A DNA stretch of 64,000 nucleotides from Takakia lepidozioides (taxonomy: Eukaryota; Plantae; Bryophyta): the NCBI GenBank assembly GCA_030704615.1, contig CM060731.1:46748001-46812000 (forward strand). The letters are read 5' to 3'. The notes under the pieces are model-generated. The model was not told where the DNA came from and did not search any database. It was given only the letters and a program-made list of their open reading frames with translations. Below, in pieces: positions 60,601 to 64,000 of this stretch. Each line of letters begins with the position of its first letter. Position 1 is the stretch's first letter. Made by a program: the position numbers and the translations under genes.

Positions 60601-63600
60601 CCGCCGCCGGCGTCATGAAGGAGTGCGACGCTCCTGTGTCCACCAACAACGACACGTTAGTTCCGGATATTATCCCATCCACGAACAATAACTGACTCCC
60701 TTTACGCAGGCGCCAGTTTCCTGATACAACTCACAAGAAATAGTTGCCTACCTTGCAAGTCCTGGCGACTACCGCTTCCACCAAACGACTGATGGTATCT
60801 TCCGACAGCTCCGTGGTCGCCCGAGTCATGTTCAATTGCCGGGGCTTCGTGCACTTCTTGGCCATGTGCCCGGGCTCCCGCAATTGAAAACACACTCCAT
60901 CAAAGGTCGCCTTCTGTCCGCCATAAGTCGCTCCACCCGCTTTTCCTTTCGAAGCACGGGTGCCGCCTTGACGTGTGAAGGACCTCCCTTCGATTTCCAC
61001 GTGCCATTTTCGCCGCGTGGCCTATCCCACTTCTTTTCCGGTCGGAGGAGTCACCTTCCCGCCGGCTTCTTCTTGTGGTTCAGCTCCGTACGGCCTTGTC
61101 TCTCACCCTAGGGACATCCGAGAAACATTCAGCTCTCTCAATTGCCTCGTTCAAAGTCTTGGGTGGCTTCTCCTCCAACTTCCGCCTAGCCCATGGGGCC
61201 AGTCCCGCCACAAAGTTGAAGACCATTTCTGGTTCTGCCATGTCCGCGACTTCGAGCAACAGCACATTGAAAGCCTGGACATACCCCGAATGTCATCTGT
61301 TTGCTTCAAATTCCTCATCTTGTCCCGGGCAAGCCAGGATGCGTTGAGGGGCACAAACTGTCTCTTCATCAATTCCTTGAACTCACTCCAGTTCAAGGTT
61401 TCCGGGCTTGGGCCTCGGTCGTGAAGGCGTTTCTGCCACCATTGTTGAGCATAGCCCCTCAAATAGGTGGGAGCCACTTCCACCCGATCCTCGTCACTCA
61501 ACTTGGCCGCCCGGAAGTACTGCTCTAGCTCCAGGAGCCAGGTGTTGAGTGCCTTCCGGTTTCGAACGCCCTCAAAGGTGCCGGGTTCCTTAGGCTTCAC
61601 CTTAAACTTTGCCTTAGTGGAAGTGGCAGCCGCCTTCAACACGTCTTTCAACGCCCCGCCAAACTGCGCCAACAACCCTTCCCAAAAGGCTGCCGGCATG
61701 GGAGGCATCTCTTGGTTTGTCGGAGCTCTCAAGGATTCCTCGGGCTCCGACTCCTCGGATTCCTCCCGCTCTTGAGCGGCCTCGTTTTCGGAAACATTCA
61801 TCGCTTCCTCAAACGGCCGCCTCGGTGACACGTCGCCCCCATCGGGCTCACCGGGATCATCATCTTTTGGGCCGTTCCGCTTTCGCTTCGGCTTGCCCGA
61901 CCCCATGATGAGGCCATCCCAAGGACGATCGCGTACTGAACTCTAAGCTCTGATACCAAGTGTCGCACCTCACTTCGGTAAACTCCCCTTCAAGTCATAG
62001 TTACTCGCTTTGATGCGCGCGCCTGACTCCCAACCTGGCCGCCGGGCCAACTTGGAGTTTCGGCTGCTCACCGGGACATAACGGTCCCCTTCGCTTCCTC
62101 TAAACCCTCCACCTATTTGGGACTAGGAGAATTCCCTTTGGTAGATGGCAGTCCGGAACAGCTCCCCTCTTTGGTCGCTTTCCGGCTCGCTCGCTTACTC
62201 ACTAGTTTTTGGTCACCAACGGGCTTGCACCGTTCTCGGGGTTACTACTCCCTATATATACTTCTGTAGCTGTCCGCGGGGGTTTCATAACCAGCCATGC
62301 CATTTTATGGCGAACCACCACGAAAACCCTCGACTCCCGGTGGTGAGTCGCGGTGAGTCTTGGCCCACTCACCGCGGCCCCAATGGACCGTGATGAGTCC
62401 CAAGACTCCCCACGACTCCCACCTCGAGGTCTCCACCCCATGGTGAGTCCTATGCCACCCCCACTAAGTCCCACTAAGCTACCACCACCCCTTGTGGAGC
62501 CACCTCCACCGCAACCCGGTGTGCGGGGCTCCACCTAGTGAGCGCCTCCGCCTCCTTGAGTGCCTTGGGCACTCAAGGGTGCTTCAGCCCCCCATACCTA
62601 TCGCGCCGCTGCCCCACCACAGGGGCAGCCCCTCATGTGTCCCGACCCCTGCCCTCAAGGCAAAGGGCCGCGACAGGACTTCCCATTGGACTTCCCAGCT
62701 AGGACTGGGGCTGCGGACTGCCCAGCGGACTTGCAGGGACTGCCGAGTGGACTTGGCAGCGGACGGTCGACCCAGGGACTGCTGAGTGGACTTGGCAGCG
62801 AACTGCCGAGCGGACTTGCCAGGGGACTGATGACCGGACTTGACAGCGGACTACCAGTGGATTTGCCCAGCGAACTGCCATCGGGTTTCACCACAGGAGT
62901 CTGCCAGTGGACTGTAGCAATGGACTGCTGTAGTGGACCTCGACAATGGACCGGTGTTGTGGACCAACAGACTTACTGAATAGCTTTGATTTCTGCTTCG
63001 GCATTGTCCACAATGAAGGCATTGGGTCGCCAGCTCGCAAATCTTGCGAGGAGTGAATCGCGCAAGGCTCTCATCCACGGAACCAGGTCTCTTGTCCGAT
63101 TTCTCGCGGATAGGATATAGGCAACTGGTATACCGTTCAACCACTCGTCGAAGACCATCAACGTGTACAATGGGAACTGTTGGAATGCACAATGTAAGAT
63201 GGTCAGAGCATGCAAATTCGCTCAGTTCTGCACGAGAAGACTTCATAAGAGTGATGAGGTCTAGCGGTTCACAATGGGTCTGCCTCTCGGTCTTCCGCAA
63301 CGTACACAACCCTAAACATACAGAAAGGGTCAGCACACCAAATATTATGTGAATGTTGCATGGTACTATGCTATCATGCTCGTACAAGTCCATGGAATCG
63401 TTTGAATAGTACCTTGTCATGATTTGTCCCAAAGGTTGCATCACATGCAACGATATGGTCATGTCCTAGTTCCAGCATTCGTCGTTTCTGCACGGAGTCT
63501 GTATGCCAATAGTGAATGTCAAATCTCCATCAAAATGCTCGAATGTTGGCTCTAATTTCTCCTCTTGATAGAAAAAAACGGACGCAGGATTCTGGTCTCT

Positions 63601-64000
63601 CCACATGCGCACACTCTCTGCATCATCGGCGTGCTTTTTGAAGGTTGTCACGCACGTTTCTCGGCAAGGTTGCGAACATCTTGCTCCAACAAGAAATCAT
63701 CGCGGGTCCATGCATCGCCCAAGCCGGTGTTGTTCATCACGTGCTCTTTATGCTCCATCATGATTTGGGCGACCGACAGGCCTCGGCACAAACACTCGAC
63801 GACCCAGGCTTTCAATTCCTCGCTAACGTGTGGTGCATAGGCGTGCGGGTGTTCCTGAACTCTGCGGACTTCCCATGCGAGGGTTTCCCTTGCACATCTG
63901 TATGCTCCATGTTGTTGTAGTACGTGAGGACACAGATGTCAGGGGCGAGATAACATTGCTGGACCTTGAAACAACATTGGCAACCACGTTTGTAAGACTC
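54613..64000 (-). CDS. MULE-type DDE transposase with SWIM zinc finger; spliced, 5' end outside window
   Basis: Exons >64000-63413, 63176-62977, 55564-~54670. Motifs [15 protein letters not shown] (D1), FIVDNAEAE (D2), FCLWH (CxxH), TNASIEAYH (E) and [19 protein letters not shown] few frameshifts in the first exon. Confidence 0.88.
55744..56464 (-). repeat. 3' LTR (721 bp)
   Basis: Near-identical to 61961-62675. Confidence 0.95.
57367..61906 (-). CDS. gag-pol polyprotein (multiple 1-nt frameshifts as assembled)
   Basis: Gag [19 protein letters not shown]; protease [10 protein letters not shown]; [31 protein letters not shown]; RNase [13 protein letters not shown]; integrase [17 protein letters not shown]; chromodomain [18 protein letters not shown]. 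Confidence 0.95.
61947..61958 (-). other. Primer-binding site for tRNA-iMet
   Basis: TGGTATCAGAGC, 2 nt inside the 5' LTR boundary. Confidence 0.93.
61961..62675 (-). repeat. 5' LTR (715 bp), TATA-like box at 62253-62260
   Basis: Adjacent to the PBS; TG..CA ends. Confidence 0.95.

Larger units (their letters stand above)
55744..62675 (-). mobile_element. Full-length Ty3/gypsy chromovirus LTR retrotransposon
   Basis: TGTCGC...GCGACA ends; 5-bp TSD GGACT (55739-55743 and 62676-62680); two LTRs; PBS; gag-PR-RT-RH-INT-chromodomain order. Confidence 0.97.
49598..64000 (-). mobile_element. Large MULE-like DNA transposon (SWIM transposase plus accessory genes); right end outside window
   Basis: Abrupt AT-rich to GC/CpG-rich switch at GGGTCTTC (49598), one 9-bp motif repeated throughout, and a DDE/SWIM transposase. 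The left boundary is inferred. Confidence 0.7.

Noticed and set aside
62676-62960. Short periodic repeats as a CRISPR-like array
   Set aside because: Units are ~12 bp and degenerate with no unique spacers, there are no cas genes, and the context is a eukaryotic intron.

Overview
Eukaryotic nuclear DNA, most likely from a non-seed land plant (bryophyte, lycophyte or fern grade; inferred from intron-rich genes, PLS-class PPR fragments and a chromovirus). About 1-48.5 kb holds six spliced host genes: the 3' part of a divergent ISE2/Ski2-like DExH helicase (+), EFR3/SRL2 (+), an atypical PI4K-II/FAM20-like probable pseudokinase (+), a DUF3253 protein (-), a DCC thiol-disulfide oxidoreductase (+) and a plastid class I PRPP synthetase (-). 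Between and inside these genes are LINE remnants of three kinds, a putative tRNA-Gly SINE, and a shuffled, partly palindromic mosaic of PPR and OSB 'PDF' motif fragments (13.7-16.7 kb). From about 49.6 kb to the window end lies a large MULE-like DNA transposon. It has a spliced SWIM/DDE transposase (-), two convergent accessory genes (+; one with a zinc finger, one Gln-rich), and arrays of one 9-bp motif (AGTCYGCTG / CAGCRGACT) in its non-coding regions and intron, a layout recalling the VANDAL/VANC anti-silencing system. A complete Ty3/gypsy chromovirus (55744-62675, TSD GGACT) sits in the transposase intron. Exon coordinates were read by eye, and family assignments come from recalled motifs, not database searches.
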